Of a stretch of 64,000 bases of DNA, positions 27,754 to 41,359 are shown one piece after another. The notes beneath the pieces were generated by a model. That model was not told the origin of the DNA. It saw only the letters and a program-made list of their open reading frames with translations, and did no database searches. Numbering within the stretch: position 1 is the first letter of the stretch; every line of letters begins with the position of its first letter. A program made the position numbers and the translations under genes. The stretch is taken from positions 67,146,001-67,210,000 of the forward strand of contig OX597828.1 of NCBI GenBank assembly GCA_951406725.2, read 5' to 3'. Origin of the DNA: Octopus vulgaris. Taxonomy: Eukaryota.

Positions 27754-30489
27754 GGTATTGGCAACGTGAATGACAATGGCCAGAGACTACTTGAATTTTG
27801 CACATACCATCACCTGTGCATCACTAACACATTCTTTGCCAACAAGACATCCCACAAGGCATCTTGGAGACATCCAAGGTCTTACCACTGGCATCAGCTG
27901 GATCTCATCATTACACGAAGACCCTTTCTGAATTCTGTTCAACTGACTTGTAGTTACGACAGCGCGGATTGTGACACAGTTGTGACACAGATCATTCACT
28001 AATAAGAAGCAGGGTGAGGATTCTACCTAAAATGTCCATCACTCTAAGAAAATGAGCCGACCACGCATTAACACTGCCAGAACCTCCGACCCTACACTGC
28101 GACAATGTTTTGCTGTTTCTATCAAAGTTGCCCTCAGTAGCTGCCCAACTACCTCTGCTGAAAGTGGGTGGAATTATATCAGGGAAGCTTTGTATACCAC
28201 ATCAATAGATACTTTCGGATTTTGTTCAGTGCTGGGCTCTCAGAGCTGGAAACAGTTATCGAAACAAAGCGTGCTGCTCTGATGCAATACAAGAGTGATT
28301 CTTCTATAAAGTCACTCGAAGAACTCAGAAAGGCAAGAAATAAAACCCAACTGACTGCCAGACGCTGTGCAAATAGGTATTGGCAGGAAATCTGTCAGAG
28401 TATCAAGTCAGCTGCTGACAGTGGCGACACCCGTGGGATGTAAGCCGGTTTGAAGAAGGTCCTCGGTCCATCCGCAACCAAGTCAGCCCCTCTGAAATCA
28501 ACTACTGGAGATCTCATCAAGGACCAAAGCAAGCAAATGGATAGATGGGTGCAGTACTACCAGGATCTCTACTCACGAGAGACCACGGTAGCTGAAGCTG
28601 CAATCGAGGGTGTCAAGATCTTGCCAGTCATGTGTGAACTTGACAGTCTGCCATCTATAGCAGAGCTCACCAAGGTTATTGACTCCCTAGCAAGTAACAA
28701 GGCTCCGGGAAAAGACGGCATCCCCTTAGAGATCATCAAAACCGGCAAAAACACCATCCTGCTTCGGCACATGCATGAGCTTCTGTGTCAGTGCTGGGAA
28801 GAGGGTACAGTCCCTCAGGATATGCGGGATGCTAACATCATTACGCTTTACAAAAACAAAGGTGACCGTGGTGATTGTAACAATTACCATGGAAAATATC
28901 TTCTAAGCACTGATGGAAAGGCCTCTGCTCGCATTATCCTGTCCAGGCTGCAACTGCTTGCTTCTCGAATTTATCCAGAATCGCAGTGTGGCTTTAGAAG
29001 AAGCAGATCAACTAGTGACATGATATTCTCCATACGCCAACTTCAGGAGAAGTCCAGAGAGCAGAAAATGCCTTTATATATGGCCTTCATTGATCTGACA
29101 AGGCCTTTGACTTGGTAAGTAGAAAAGGCCTCTTCATCCTGCTCCAAAAATCGGATGTCCATCAAAGCTGCTGAGGATCATCACATCTTTCCATGATGAT
29201 ATGCAAGGCACCATACAGCACAATGGTTCAACATCAGCCGCCTTCCAAATAAAAAATGGGGTAAAGCAAGGTTGTGTCCTTGCTCCTACATTATTTGGCA
29301 TCTTCTCGCTGCTGCTGTCATATGCCTTTGTGACATCAGATGATGGAGTGTTTCTGCACAGTAGAAGTGATGGGAAACTGTTCAATCTTTCGCGTCTGCG
29401 TGCCAAGACCAAAATCAGAAGCGTTCTGATCAAGGAGATGCTATTTTCTGATGATGCCGCTCTGGTATCACTCACAGAAGAAGCCCTACAAAGGCTCATC
29501 AACTGTTTTGAGCAAGAATGTGGCAACTTTGGCTTATTTATCAGCCTCAAGAAGACCAACATCATGGGTCAGGCTACATCGACCATCCCAAACATACATA
29601 TTGGAGACCACAGAATACAGGAAGTGGATAAGTTTACCTATCTTGGCTCAACCGTCACCTACAACCTATCCCTTGATACTGATCTCAATATACGCATTGG
29701 CAAGGTAGCTGCTGTGATGGCTCAACTCTCCAAACGGGCATGGGATAACAATAAGCTGACCAAGACCACAAAAATGAAGATTTACCAGGCATGTGTACTT
29801 AGCACTCTACTGTATGGAAGTGAGACTTGGACGCCATACACACGACATACGACGCCATACACACGACATACGACGCCATACGTCGCCTAAATATCCTTCA
29901 CCTGCGCTGCCTCCGGAAAATCCTTCGCATCAAATGGCAGAATCATGTCCCCAACAAAGATGTCCTCAAGCAAGCAAGGAATACCAAGCATGTTTACACT
30001 CCTCACACAAAGACGTATGAGATGGCTTCGACATGTTAGCCGTATGGAAGATGGCAGAATCCCCAAGGACATACTCAACGGAGAGCTTGCTAGGGGCACT
30101 AGGTCTGTGGGAAGACCGTTCTTACGATACAAGGATGTTTGCAAAAGGGACATGAATGCCTGCAACATCAATATTACCAACTGGGAAGCAGTTGCCAGCA
30201 ACCGTGGAGATTGGCGACGTACCGTAAAAGAGGGAACACAAAGGAGTGACAAAGAGGGAGAGGAGAAATGGAAAGACAAGAAAAGACGTCAACAAGAAAG
30301 TATGACATTACAACCAGCCAGGGAAAGTCTTCGCTACATTTGCGGCACCTGCCAGAGGGAGTGTTTGTCCAGGATAGGACTACACAGCCACAGCGGGAGA
30401 TGTATTAGGACATGAAATGTAAAAGCCGGACTAAATTATTTTATGCGCAACTCCATTGTCTACCGAGACAAAAAGGATGCCAACAACAA
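27754..30489 (+). mobile_element. RTE/BovB-like LINE, 5'-truncated, frameshifted
   Basis: AP-endonuclease tail (NDNGQRLLEFC..NTFF..WRHPRS.HWHQLD), RT (KAPGKDGIP, PESQCGFR, GVKQGCVLAPTLF, LFSDD, FTYLGS), C-terminal CGTC..GLHSH zinc finger and (CAA)n tail. Confidence 0.95.
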
Positions 30490-30530
30490 TATATATGGAT
30501 TTCGTAGACAGGAACTGAAACAAATCAATC

Positions 30531-30574
<44 letters not shown>

Positions 30575-30800
30575 AAGTGAATGTGTGTGTCTTTGTGTCT
30601 GTGTTTCGCCCTCATCACTGCTTCACAACTGCTGTTCATTTATTTACATCCACAAAACTTACTGGTTTCACAAGAACAAACTAATAGAATAAGTACTAGG
30701 CTTATCAACATAAAAAAAGCACTAGGCTGTGTCTCATATTTTTGTTTGCCCACTCAGTTGTATCAATCAGTTTATCTTTGTGTGTGTGTGTGTGTGTGTG

Positions 30801-30871
<71 letters not shown>

Positions 30872-30877
<6 letters not shown>

Positions 30878-31881
30878 ATATATATATATAAGGTCAAAAG
30901 TACTGAATGGATCTTTATGAAATTTGGAAATTATATTCTAAGCATAAGGGCCATAACCCCCATGACAATTCATATATTTTTGCTGTTGATGAAATTTTAA
31001 CCATAGATATTAGACACGAATGAAGTAATATTTATAAAATTTCATCTTCTTACAAAGTTAGAAAAACCCCTCCATGGGGACTTAACACCCACAATTTTGT
31101 CATTTTATCTAAGCAAAAACGAATACAGTTGTGCTCTTGGAAGCTGTTGGGTTACCCGAGCATAAAAGTTGGGCATTATTTCTAATTCAATGGTACAACA
31201 ATGTAACAGTTTGCTTTGACATACACTTACATTCTGATTTCTGCAATGTGGTGCATAAATTGTTAAGTAAATGAGAGGCATCTTTGTCTCCACTGATTCA
31301 GTTGCAAAGTGTTGAGTAAAGTTATTTGATTGCAGACCTCCTTTCAGTCTTTTTATTATCACTCGGTCACACATAGTCCCCAGATGGTAACATTGATTAC
31401 AAGGCCTTCCCAGATGAGTGACTGGTTATTCAAAGACATTTATAGATTTTAAATTCATTCTGTCCAGTTACTTATCAGTATAGTGGTCATTTGCAAACTC
31501 CAGAGGTGACACTTTCATTTCTCCTAAGCCCTCACGTCACACAGTTGTTAATGTTGATTTCAGTTGGGTCACGCCCTTCCAATTGCTATAAATTCATAAT
31601 GCATCTTACGGCTGTGCCTGTCACCTGGATGGTGAGGAATCCTACATTGGGAGTGGTAACGACTAGGGTAGGGTAACTGACTGCTTATTGTGATCATTCG
31701 TCTTTTGGTTTCCATGTGGAACGATTACAATTTTCTTAGGGTGTGTAAAGAGGGAAATAACCCTCATCTGCAATTTTGATGAAATTCGAAACATAGATGT
31801 TCCAGTTCATTCAGAAAATATAACAGAAAAGTCTAATTCTTCAATTGAATGTAACCGGGCAACGCCGGGTATCTCTGCTAG
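30872..31881 (+). mobile_element. Non-autonomous Helitron
   Basis: TCTATATATATAA-type start after (TCTA)n; 3' end accgggcaacgccgggt hairpin then CTAG|T at 31878-31881. Confidence 0.75.
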
Positions 31882-32419
31882 TAGAAATATAGATTTAAAA
31901 ATAGCATGGGTTCTATGTTGGAGTTCGTTAGAGCGTCAGGATGAATGTCGTGGAGTATTTATCTCGGCCGTCTTGCACTCGAAGTTCAAATCCCACTGAG
32001 ATCAACTTTGCATTTTATCTCTTCGGGGGTCAATGAACTAAAATGCAAGTCATGTATTGATATCAGTCTCCATGTCGCTAGCTCCCTCGTTCTCTCTCTC
32101 ACTCCCAAGTGGCAATGAGAAGGAGCCGACAATAAGAACGTACCATCGTGGGCCGACAATCCTTCCACTAGACACAGCAAAAAGGAAAGAAAATTGCTTA
32201 TTCTAAAAAAGAACATGAAAAAGAAAGAAATGGGGAGAGGCTGAGGCATTGTTGATTGTCAACATGTTTCGAAGCACACACAAACATGTAAACATCATTA
32301 CACACATACATGTATATATATATATGCACTTTATGCACACACACACACACACATACACATACACCAGTATATATATATGTATGTATATATATGTATATAT
32401 GTATATATATATATATAAT

Positions 32420-32655
32420 AAGGCGGCGAGCCGGCAGAGACGTTAGCACGCCGGGCGAAATGCTTTGCAGTACTTCGTCTGCCGTTACGTTGTGAGTTCA
32501 AATTCCGCCGAGGTCGACTTTGCCTTTCATCCTTTCGGGGTCGATAAATTAAGTTACCAGTTATGCACTGGGGTCAATGTAATCGACATAATACCTATGT
32601 CTGTCTTTGTTTGTCCCCTCTATGTTTAGCCCATTGTGGGTAATAAAGAAATAAG
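32420..32655 (+). mobile_element. SINE family B monomer
   Basis: aggcggcgagcyggcaga...gagttcaaattcc (B box)...taataaagaaata. Confidence 0.88.
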
Positions 32656-32676
32656 TATATATATATATATATATAT

Positions 32677-32710
<34 letters not shown>

Positions 32711-33539
32711 TCTTTTACTGTGCTTTAGGACTGCTATGGTGTATTCTCAATTACTCTCTCCAAACCGTCCTTCCATTTTCTATGATTTGAAGAAGGTTTG
32801 CCCTCGTTGCTGCCACCGGGTCATGGGAAGCTTAGTTGGATGGATGTATGATGATGGTGGTGGTAGTGGTGACAATATTTGATTGAACCAATGGAAAATC
32901 TGTGATAAAGAATACGTGAATGAAATTTCTTACCATCATCATCATCCTCATTGTCGTCGTCGTCGTCGTTCTCATCATCATCACCAACTTCTGTGGCTAT
33001 TACAGAAGCATAGAAGCCAGAGAAAATATGAATGGAAAAAAGTTCAGACGTTGGGAGTGGCCTGTTTACTCCTGTTGGTAGCAAAGGGCTTCTCCTACAG
33101 AATAAGGAGCAGATAGTATATAATGTGTACGTATTTTGGCTTTCGCATGATAGCATGTTATGGCCGCTAAATATGGAGGATATCTGAAAGTGGCAAAGAA
33201 TATTAGGCAAGCATTCTTTGTAGAATGTGTAAACGTTGGAGAATAAATATATTGTGAAAAGTAGTGAAGACCTTAGAGCAGGGAGTCGGCGAACCGGGGT
33301 AAAATGAAATTCTTGGGGGTAATGAAGACTCATTAGACATAAGTAAAATAATATAAAAAAACGTGTTCCGTGTTTCGGCAGAATTTTTTTCTTCTGGCAA
33401 CGCTGCATTTGTCCAATGTAATGGATATGGAAATGAATTCATATAAATAGATTCAATAAAATAGATTCATTAAATCTTTTGAATTCAAAGAATCCTTGAT
33501 TTTCTTCCTTTCAAATCAAAATGTCGATGTAAATAAATA

Positions 33540-33905
33540 TATTTTGGGGCAATTGGTTAAAAAAGTTTCCCGACGCCTGCCTTAGAGATATCAGCTGAAG
33601 GGTTTTGCGACTCATCATAAAAGCTCGTGTGGTCATCGGCAAGAATCGAACCCTTTTGCTATCAACGTTGTCCTGAAACAAGGTTGCGTACTTACCCCCG
33701 CCTTTTTTTTCAAGTTCTCCATCACGGCCATTACTCTCCCTGTGTGGGCTGAACTCGATTCTGACAATGGAATCACGATCAGCTACTGTTTGAACGGTGT
33801 TTTCAATCTCCGGCAACTCAGAATCAAATCGAAGTCTCAGACTCCCATGATCTTCGAGCTCCAGTACCCTATATACGAGTGACTGCAACACCGGTTTGGA
33901 CACCT
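33540..33905 (+). mobile_element. RTE RT fragment
   Basis: VLKQGCVL and FELQY motifs; inverted homologue at 35258-35529. Confidence 0.8.
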
Positions 33906-34094
33906 GCTCTGTTGATGAATGAGGATTTAGTGAAAAAGTGTCGAATGATGAGAGTGTAATGAGGCTGAGGAAGAGGAAGTCCAAAAAAGGAGTAGTCATG
34001 GATTATAAAGTTGAGACTCGTGAGAAGAAGGATGGCATAGTTGAAGCAGGCACTCATACCCGTCGGGTGTAGGAGACGTATAAATGATGACAAT

Positions 34095-34312
34095 AAGGAT
34101 TTCAAATTTTGGCACAAGTCCAGCAATTTAGGGCGGGCCAGGTTGGTCAATTACATCGACCCCAGTGCTTAACTAGTGCTTAATTTATCGACCTCGAAAG
34201 GCGGAAAGGAAATGTCGACCTCGGCGGAATTTGAACGGAGAGCATAAAGACGGGTGAAAGGCCGCTTAGCATTCTGTCTGGCCTGCCAACGATTTTGGCA
34301 GCTCACCGCCTC
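34095..34312 (-). mobile_element. SINE family B (alternative tail), diverged
   Basis: Reverse complement of the family B head and body. Confidence 0.75.
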
Positions 34313-34582
34313 ACAAATGGTGATGATAACATTAATTAATATATCATAATCTTGCATTATAATACATTTATTGCTAATGTAGGAACGAGACCAGAAACTT
34401 AAGCTAACAATTGGTTACTATCAACCCCAGTACTTGACTAAAGATAATATGTAAAGTTGACCTGGGCAGGATTTGAACTTAGAACGTAATGAACTAGAAC
34501 AAATACTTCAAAGCATTTTGACGATGCACTATTCTGTCAGTCACCATCCTTATATTATAAGCTATAATATAACATGATATGA

Positions 34583-34812
34583 TGGCGCGTGGCTTTGTGG
34601 TTAGGGTATTTGGTTCACGGTCGTAAGGTCATGAGTTCAATTCCCAGCGAGGCGTTGTGTCTTTGAGCAAGACACTTTATTTCACGTTGTTCCAGTCCAG
34701 TCAGCTGGCAAAAATGAGTTGTACCAGTATTTCAAAGGGCCAAACTTGTCATACTTTGTTTCACGCTGAATCTCTCTGAGAACTATGTTAAGGGTACACG
34801 TGTCTGTACCCT
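34583..34812 (+). mobile_element. tRNA/CORE-type SINE (family A relative)
   Basis: A/B boxes followed by tgtgtctttgagcaagacacttta CORE-like segment; similar copy at 42910-43146. Confidence 0.75.
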
Positions 34813-34949
34813 TAACACATACAGACACACACTCATACACACATATATACATATATAAACGTATACATGCACAAACATATATGTGTGTGTGTGTATATAT
34901 GTGCGTGTGTATGTACGTATGTACATGTATACAAACACACGTAGCTTAC

Positions 34950-35870
34950 CTTCGAGGTCCCTTGGTTCTGTGGACAACATCTCCTCAAGTTGCTGCTCAA
35001 TGCAGTTGATGAACACGTTGATGTGCGCAGAAACGAGTTTTCCACAAAGCGGACAAGGAACTGATGAGCTGAGTGTTGGAGGCGAAGTAGCAGCAGCTGC
35101 ATCACACCTCACCGGCGTTCAACAGTCCATTGAGGTCGCCTTGCCACGACAGTTTCTCAAACCCTTGCCGGCTTCGCCCTTGATAAACGTTCACTGTGAC
35201 GTTCACGACATGCTTGCGCTGATTTATGATCGTGAGTTGGCAGGCCGCAGTCATTGGTGTAATGGAGCTCGAAGATCATGGCAGTCTGAGACTTCGATTT
35301 GATTCTGAGTCGCCGGATATTTGAAAACATTCGCTTCCAGACAGTAGCTGATCGTGATTCCATTGTCAGAATCGAGTTCAGCCCACATAGGGAGAGTAAT
35401 GGCTGTGACGGAGAAGTTGAAAAAAAAAAGGGGATAAGTACGCAACCTTGTTTCAGGACAACGTTGATATCAAAAGAGTTCGATTCTTGTCGATGATCAC
35501 ACGAGCTTTTATGATGAGTCGCAAAACCCTTGGTGAGCATCCAAGTCCTCAATTTAGTGTCGAACGTATTTGATAGACCAATAAAAACCAAACAGAGATT
35601 ACGATGATATTCTCGACACTTCTTTTGAATTTAGCGCGCAGCAATAGCCATGTTAGTGGTTTTGCGATTCCCGCGGAAACCACGCGATCACTCTTAATGC
35701 AGTTGCCCGCCCTCAGTCTGTCTGCACATGCTCATAGCAGGTCCTTTCATTCAGATCATTCTTGCCACTGTCATCCTTCTTTCAATAGATTTGATACGAG
35801 ACCACGCTTTCTTCTCTACGTGTAGTTTCCGTTTCAAGTGACACTTGCGCAAAGTTGATGGAGGTTTCAC
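34950..35870 (-). mobile_element. Decayed RTE LINE with internal deletions
   Basis: VFIGLSNTFD, VLKQGCVLIP and C-terminal CPLCGK..H zinc finger on the minus strand. Confidence 0.75.
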
Positions 35871-36175
35871 CAAAGAAGATGTCTGCCAATATAATATATA
35901 GCATAACGCGGTATTTCAAAAGAGACGCAGAAATAGAATCATTATTTAATGGGTGTGAAGAGATGACTTATTCCTCAGTTCTTTAGTTTGCTTCGGCCAT
36001 ATTGGCTGAGGTCATGCTGGAGCATCACCTTTCACTATTCTGTGAAACTTGCAGCAAGTTTCAAAGGATGAAAAAACAACTTGAAAGAGGCTTTTGAAAA
36101 TATCATTTCAGTGTCGTTCTTCAAACCAACACATAAACACACACACACACATACACACACACACACATACACATA

Positions 36176-36207
<32 letters not shown>

Positions 36208-36371
36208 GTCACACACGCACACACACACACATATATATATACACACACACACACGCATAATACACAGATACAAACATACATACATATATACACGCGTACA
36301 CAGACTCATCCACACAAGTATACGCACTCATACATACATATATACGCACACACGCACACATACATATGCCC

Positions 36372-36420
<49 letters not shown>

Positions 36421-36644
36421 TAAGCTTAAAAGTACCAGCTAACTGATTCCTAGTTTTGCCAAAAATTGTAGCCAGATGTCCCTCAAATTTCACACTACTC
36501 ATCTTAACGAAAAAAATATCATACACATCACAAAGTAGTCCTAGATATACTAAAAATCGGAGTGGTCACGGTTGGAATGCATTTCGTTATATATCAGTAT
36601 GATCAAGGTAGGGCGGCTGTCAAACAATGACAACAGCAACAGCA

Positions 36645-37017
36645 GTGGAGGCGCAATGGCCTAATGGTTAGGGCAGTGGACTCGCGGTCGGAGAATCGCG
36701 GTTTCGAGTCCCCGACCGGGCGTTGTGAGTGTTTATTGAGCGAAAACACCTAAAGCTCCACGAGGCTCCGGCAGGGGATGGTGGCGACCCCCGTTGTACT
36801 CTTTCGCTCCATCTTTCTCTCACTCTTTCTTCCTTTTTCTTATCCCCGACTTCCTACGCAACCGCTGAGCCTGGATGCGCATTCATCCATCCGTCGATGA
36901 TCTCGGTGTCGGGGCTTGACCTGCCTTCTCTTCTGCGGGTCTTACGAATAGCAAAGGACCACCTATCGGACTTCTCCCATCTTGCGAGCTCTGGAACGAA
37001 GACCGTTCGCTCAACAC
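36645..37017 (+). mobile_element. SINE family A head with alternative 3' module
   Basis: Same tRNA head as 6368-6735 with a different 3' half; flanked by caacagcaaca; sister copy at 46899-47260 (-). Confidence 0.88.
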
Positions 37018-37740
37018 CAACAGCAACATCATCATCACAGCAACAGCAACAGCAACAACAACAAACAAGCAACAAACATAACATCTACACAATTCACACT
37101 TCCTGGCCTTTAACATCAAAGAACGGTAAACATATAACTGCGTCATTTTTGTTTTGAGACCAAGTCAACGAATAACGTAAAGATGTATATTTTTTCATGT
37201 TAAGAGTGTGAGTTAGTGTCCCGCGGGGCATAAACCTAGCGTTTGTAAACATTGCTTCTTTATTAATTTCTCCGGCAGTAAAAATAAAAGTTTCTAACAA
37301 TAACTACATATCAACTGACTCTTGCTAATAATGGCTTTTCTACTAACAATGGTTTAAGTACATGTATACAAGCGTATGCGTGTATGTGTGTGCGTGCGTG
37401 TGTGTGTGTGTGTGTGTGTATTGGAAAAGGAGAGAGGTAAGTATATATTTATTTATTTATTTATATATATATATACACACACAAACACACACACAAACAT
37501 GTATGTATATATATTTACATATATATATATATACATACACACATATATATATACATATATATATATATACATACATATATATATGTATAAATATATATAT
37601 ATATACATATATATATATATTTACACACATATATATATATACATACATACATATATATATATATATGTATAAATATATATATATACATATATATATATAT
37701 TTACACACATATATATGTATATATACATACATATATATGT

Positions 37741-37785
<45 letters not shown>

Positions 37786-39009
37786 CATACATACATGCAT
37801 GACTATATAGAGAGAGAGAGGAAAAGAAGAGACCTAAATGTGAAAGAACATATTTATATACGTTTGCGTATGTATATGTGTATACATGGATATGTGTGTG
37901 TGTAAGTGTGTGTGTGTGTCTATGCATGTATAGGATCGTGCGCGCGTAGGTGTGGGTGTTAGATGCCGTAATACAGTTTAATGTCCGCTACTAAAAGTAA
38001 AAGCAAAGCCGCAATAAAATTCTGTATCTAAAAGTTGATACAATAAAGAACATAAGAATCCGTGTCTTCAGAGAAAGTATAAAATATAACATTACCTGAG
38101 ACACCACCACCAACACCACCACGCCTCAGTCTCCACCACCAACACCACCACGACTGCTATCATCATCATCATCATCGCTAATATCATATGTTACGAAGGA
38201 CAGTAATATAGGAAAAAAACATTTTTATTATCAACAAATATATAAGTAGCACACATGAAATTAAAATGTAAATTATAGATGTTTAATGTAAGTGTGACAG
38301 TTGCCAATGCCACGAAAGCAATTCTTATGTGGGTCAACATCAACTACGATAATTCCACACGAACCTCACAACAACAACGGAAATACTTTGTAACATATTA
38401 TTTACAAGAATAAACATTATAATCAGCAGAGCTACCTTGGTTAAGTCGCTTAGCACGATTCGGCCATGATTGAACAGACTTATAATCAAAACCATTCGTG
38501 CCATAACCATCGCATCTTATTTATTATCGCATCTTCAGAAGCAAGGCGGTGAGCTGGCAGAATCTTTAGTGCGTCGGACAAAATGCTTTTCACCAGGCTC
38601 TTAACGTTCAGGGTTTCAAGTCCTGCAGCAGTCAACTTTTCCTTTTATCCCTTCGGCGACAAAAATAAAAAAAGGGTCGATGTAATCGATTTGCCACCCC
38701 GTCTCAAAATTGCAGGCCTTGTGCCCCGCAACCGAACGGCATCCCTTTCAAGTGGATGTTGTGATCTCGGTGACTATGGAAACCGGGAAACCGAGTAACC
38801 GGCCTCATGTAGTCTAGGGCTCGAGAAAAAAGAACGGAAATCGGCGTGGCTGTGTGATAAGAAGCTGACTTCCTAGTCACAAAGTTCCGAGTTCAGTCCC
38901 ACTCCGCAGCACCTTAGGCAAGTGTCTTCTATTATTACCTCGGACCGACCAATACTTCCTGAGTGGATTTGGTTGATGGAAACCAAATATACGAGGTGGT
39001 ATTGTTGTG

Positions 39010-39365
39010 TATACGAGATGGTATCGAAAAGTTCCCGGACTAGTTATGTTTAATAGCACATAACTTATTTACCTAAGTTTTAACATTATCTCCTTCGAAA
39101 CAGTCGCCTTGTTCAGGAATACACCGGTGCCAACGTTCCTGGCATTTTTGGAATCCGGCCTGGAAGTCGTTATCCATAAGGGGATCGAGGACCATGTGCG
39201 ATTCGCTCTGGATCTCAACAATGGCGATAAAACAGTGACCTTTGAGCTACAATTTCATCTTGGGGAAGAGATGGAAGTCTGCAGGTGCCAAATCCGGAGA
39301 ATAGGGCTTGTGTGGAAGCGATACCTCGTTGCTTTTGGCGAGAAACTAACGAGTGAGGAACTGTT
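39010..39365 (-). mobile_element. Mariner (DD34D) transposase 3' end with TIR
   Basis: Minus-strand PYSPDLAPADFHLFPKMK; TIR-like tacgagatggtatcgaaaagttcccggact. Confidence 0.8.
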
Positions 39366-39970
39366 TTGTGTTCTTCAGAGACCTAACCCTGAATGGCTAC
39401 CCACTATCTTTAGCTAAACAACGGCGCCTAAAGAACATCAAGGTCAATAAACCCCGGAGGAACCATCATACTCACAAGTCCGGCACGTGCTTCCTAAAGC
39501 TACCACTCTTTGACGACAGAACTACTGCAGCGATACAATATGCAGCCCTCAGGGAAGGACTCGACATACAGATAGTTCACACCGGCCCTTCCCTGAGAAA
39601 AGCTCTGTCCAAGAACAAAACCTCTCACTACTCCGAGGAGTGCACATTGTCGAACCGTCACATCAATGACCATGAATTGCGCCAGAGAACCTATGCTGTA
39701 TATGAGATCAGCGTAACTTCGGTATAGGTACCGGAAGTATCGGATATATTTCAAGAAAGTGTTTTTTTTTTATATATATATGGGAGGTGGGGTAGGGTTA
39801 GGGTTTGTGTTAGGGGTGGGAGAAAAGGGTTTCTGTTATCTTCAGAAATGTAAACAAAGCCACTTCCGGTACTTACGGTACCTATACCGAAGGATCGCCT
39901 ATGAGATCATCTGTGGCAAATGTGGCGCATCCTATATAGGAAGCACGACAAGAAAACTGCAAGACGCAAC
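39366..39970 (+). mobile_element. Penelope-like RT thumb / GIY-YIG endonuclease relic interrupted by a MITE
   Basis: LNGYP..FLKLP..AVYEI|..CGKCGASYIGSTTRKL once 39711-39909 is removed. Confidence 0.85.
39711..39899 (+). mobile_element. MITE with TTAGGG-like core (same family as 18380-18577)
   Basis: Inverted repeat cttcggtataggtaccg / cggtacctataccgaag; direct repeat TATGAGATCA at 39701-39710 and 39900-39909. Confidence 0.9.
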
Positions 39971-40132
39971 GAAAATTTTAGGAAAAATAAATTAGTAAAT
40001 GAGTGGAAACTTTACCGGTGAGTGTGTTAAATAATAAGTCACTAAAAGAGAATGACTCTCTCCCCAGACACAACAAAGAATGCTTCAACACACGAACTCA
40101 CACAAAGAATCTTGCAAACCAAATCCCAAAAC

Positions 40133-40169
<37 letters not shown>

Positions 40170-40177
40170 ACACACAT

Positions 40178-40225
<48 letters not shown>

Positions 40226-40723
40226 ACACATTCGTATGTATTGTGTGTGTGTAAACACGTTTGCATATATTCATGTGTGTGTTGTGTACGTATATATAGG
40301 TGTGTGTGTGTGCGTGTGTATAGGTACAGTTGAGTCGATTTACTTATCTAAACACACAGACACATTGATATGGAGTCTGTAGAGAGAAATTATATTTTGC
40401 ACGGATATTCTTTTATTTCCCAGCACTCTACTAGACATCATTCCGTTATTGGTCTGTTCCCTTGGTAAATGTGGTTAGGGATTAAAAATATGCTAAAGTC
40501 TATGAAGATGCGGAAAGGATGAGAAGTGGTGGAGTGGAACCCTATAAGTCCTTTCGTTAATTGAAAAGAAAGGGAAACGCCGTTCCAATCTGTAGTTTTT
40601 ATCCCTGAGTATACCAGGGTTTCTATGATATAAGAATCGGTTGTTTGTCTCTTAATCCACAGAAAAAAAAAACATTCTCACAAAAGGAAGAGCCACTGTA
40701 TGCGTTCCCTCAGAACTTCTCAC

Positions 40724-41139
40724 GGATCTTTTCGCTTTGACCGACAGTTTTTAAAAATAATTTCTAGCGGTGTCATATGAAATTGTCACCCATAATTATG
40801 ACCCTAGTATCGATCTATTGCATTTCAATCTTTTTTAGGGTTAGGGTTAGGGGTGGGGGTAAGGGTATCTTTTTTTCTTCAGAAATGTAAATAAACCCAA
40901 TCTGTTTCTTAAACGAGGGACATATTCATACGGCACAGAATGTTTTCACCTCAATAGACGTCATTGATTGGTTGAAATTGCAGAAATTGAAGAAAATATC
41001 TTACAAACTACAGAATTTTTTCAAGAAAGTCAAGAGAAAAAGATGTTTTATAAACACATTCAACCAGTATACGAAGTTTAAAAGTGTTTAGTTACGTGGA
41101 AATTATTTAAAAAAACTGCCGGTCAAAGCGAAAAGATCC
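40724..41139 (+). mobile_element. MITE with ~40-bp TIRs and TTAGGG core
   Basis: TIR ggatcttttcgctttgaccgacagtttttaaaaataattt / aaattatttaaaaaaactgccggtcaaagcgaaaagatcc; 8-bp flanks cttctcac/tttctcac. Confidence 0.88.
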
Positions 41140-41359
41140 TTTCTCACAGCACAACTAAGTCGATTCCTGGAGGAAGAGGTGAAACAACAAAAGCTACCAA
41201 TCGTAGTACATGATAAGTACTTGAAATTAAGTGAATTAAGATAAAAAGCAAATGTGATTGTTGTTGGATTTGAACTCGGCGCACAGAGAGCCGGAAAAAT
41301 ACGGCGCTGTAACATTCTACTATTTCACTGCGTTTGTATGGCTATAACTGCATGTATGT

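Noticed and set aside
31105-31450. Helitron helicase remnant inside the 30872 element
   Set aside because: Similarity to helicase motifs too weak to call by eye.
36645-36720. tRNA gene (Arg-like)
   Set aside because: It is the tRNA-derived head of a multi-copy SINE, continuous with the SINE body and flanked by direct repeats.
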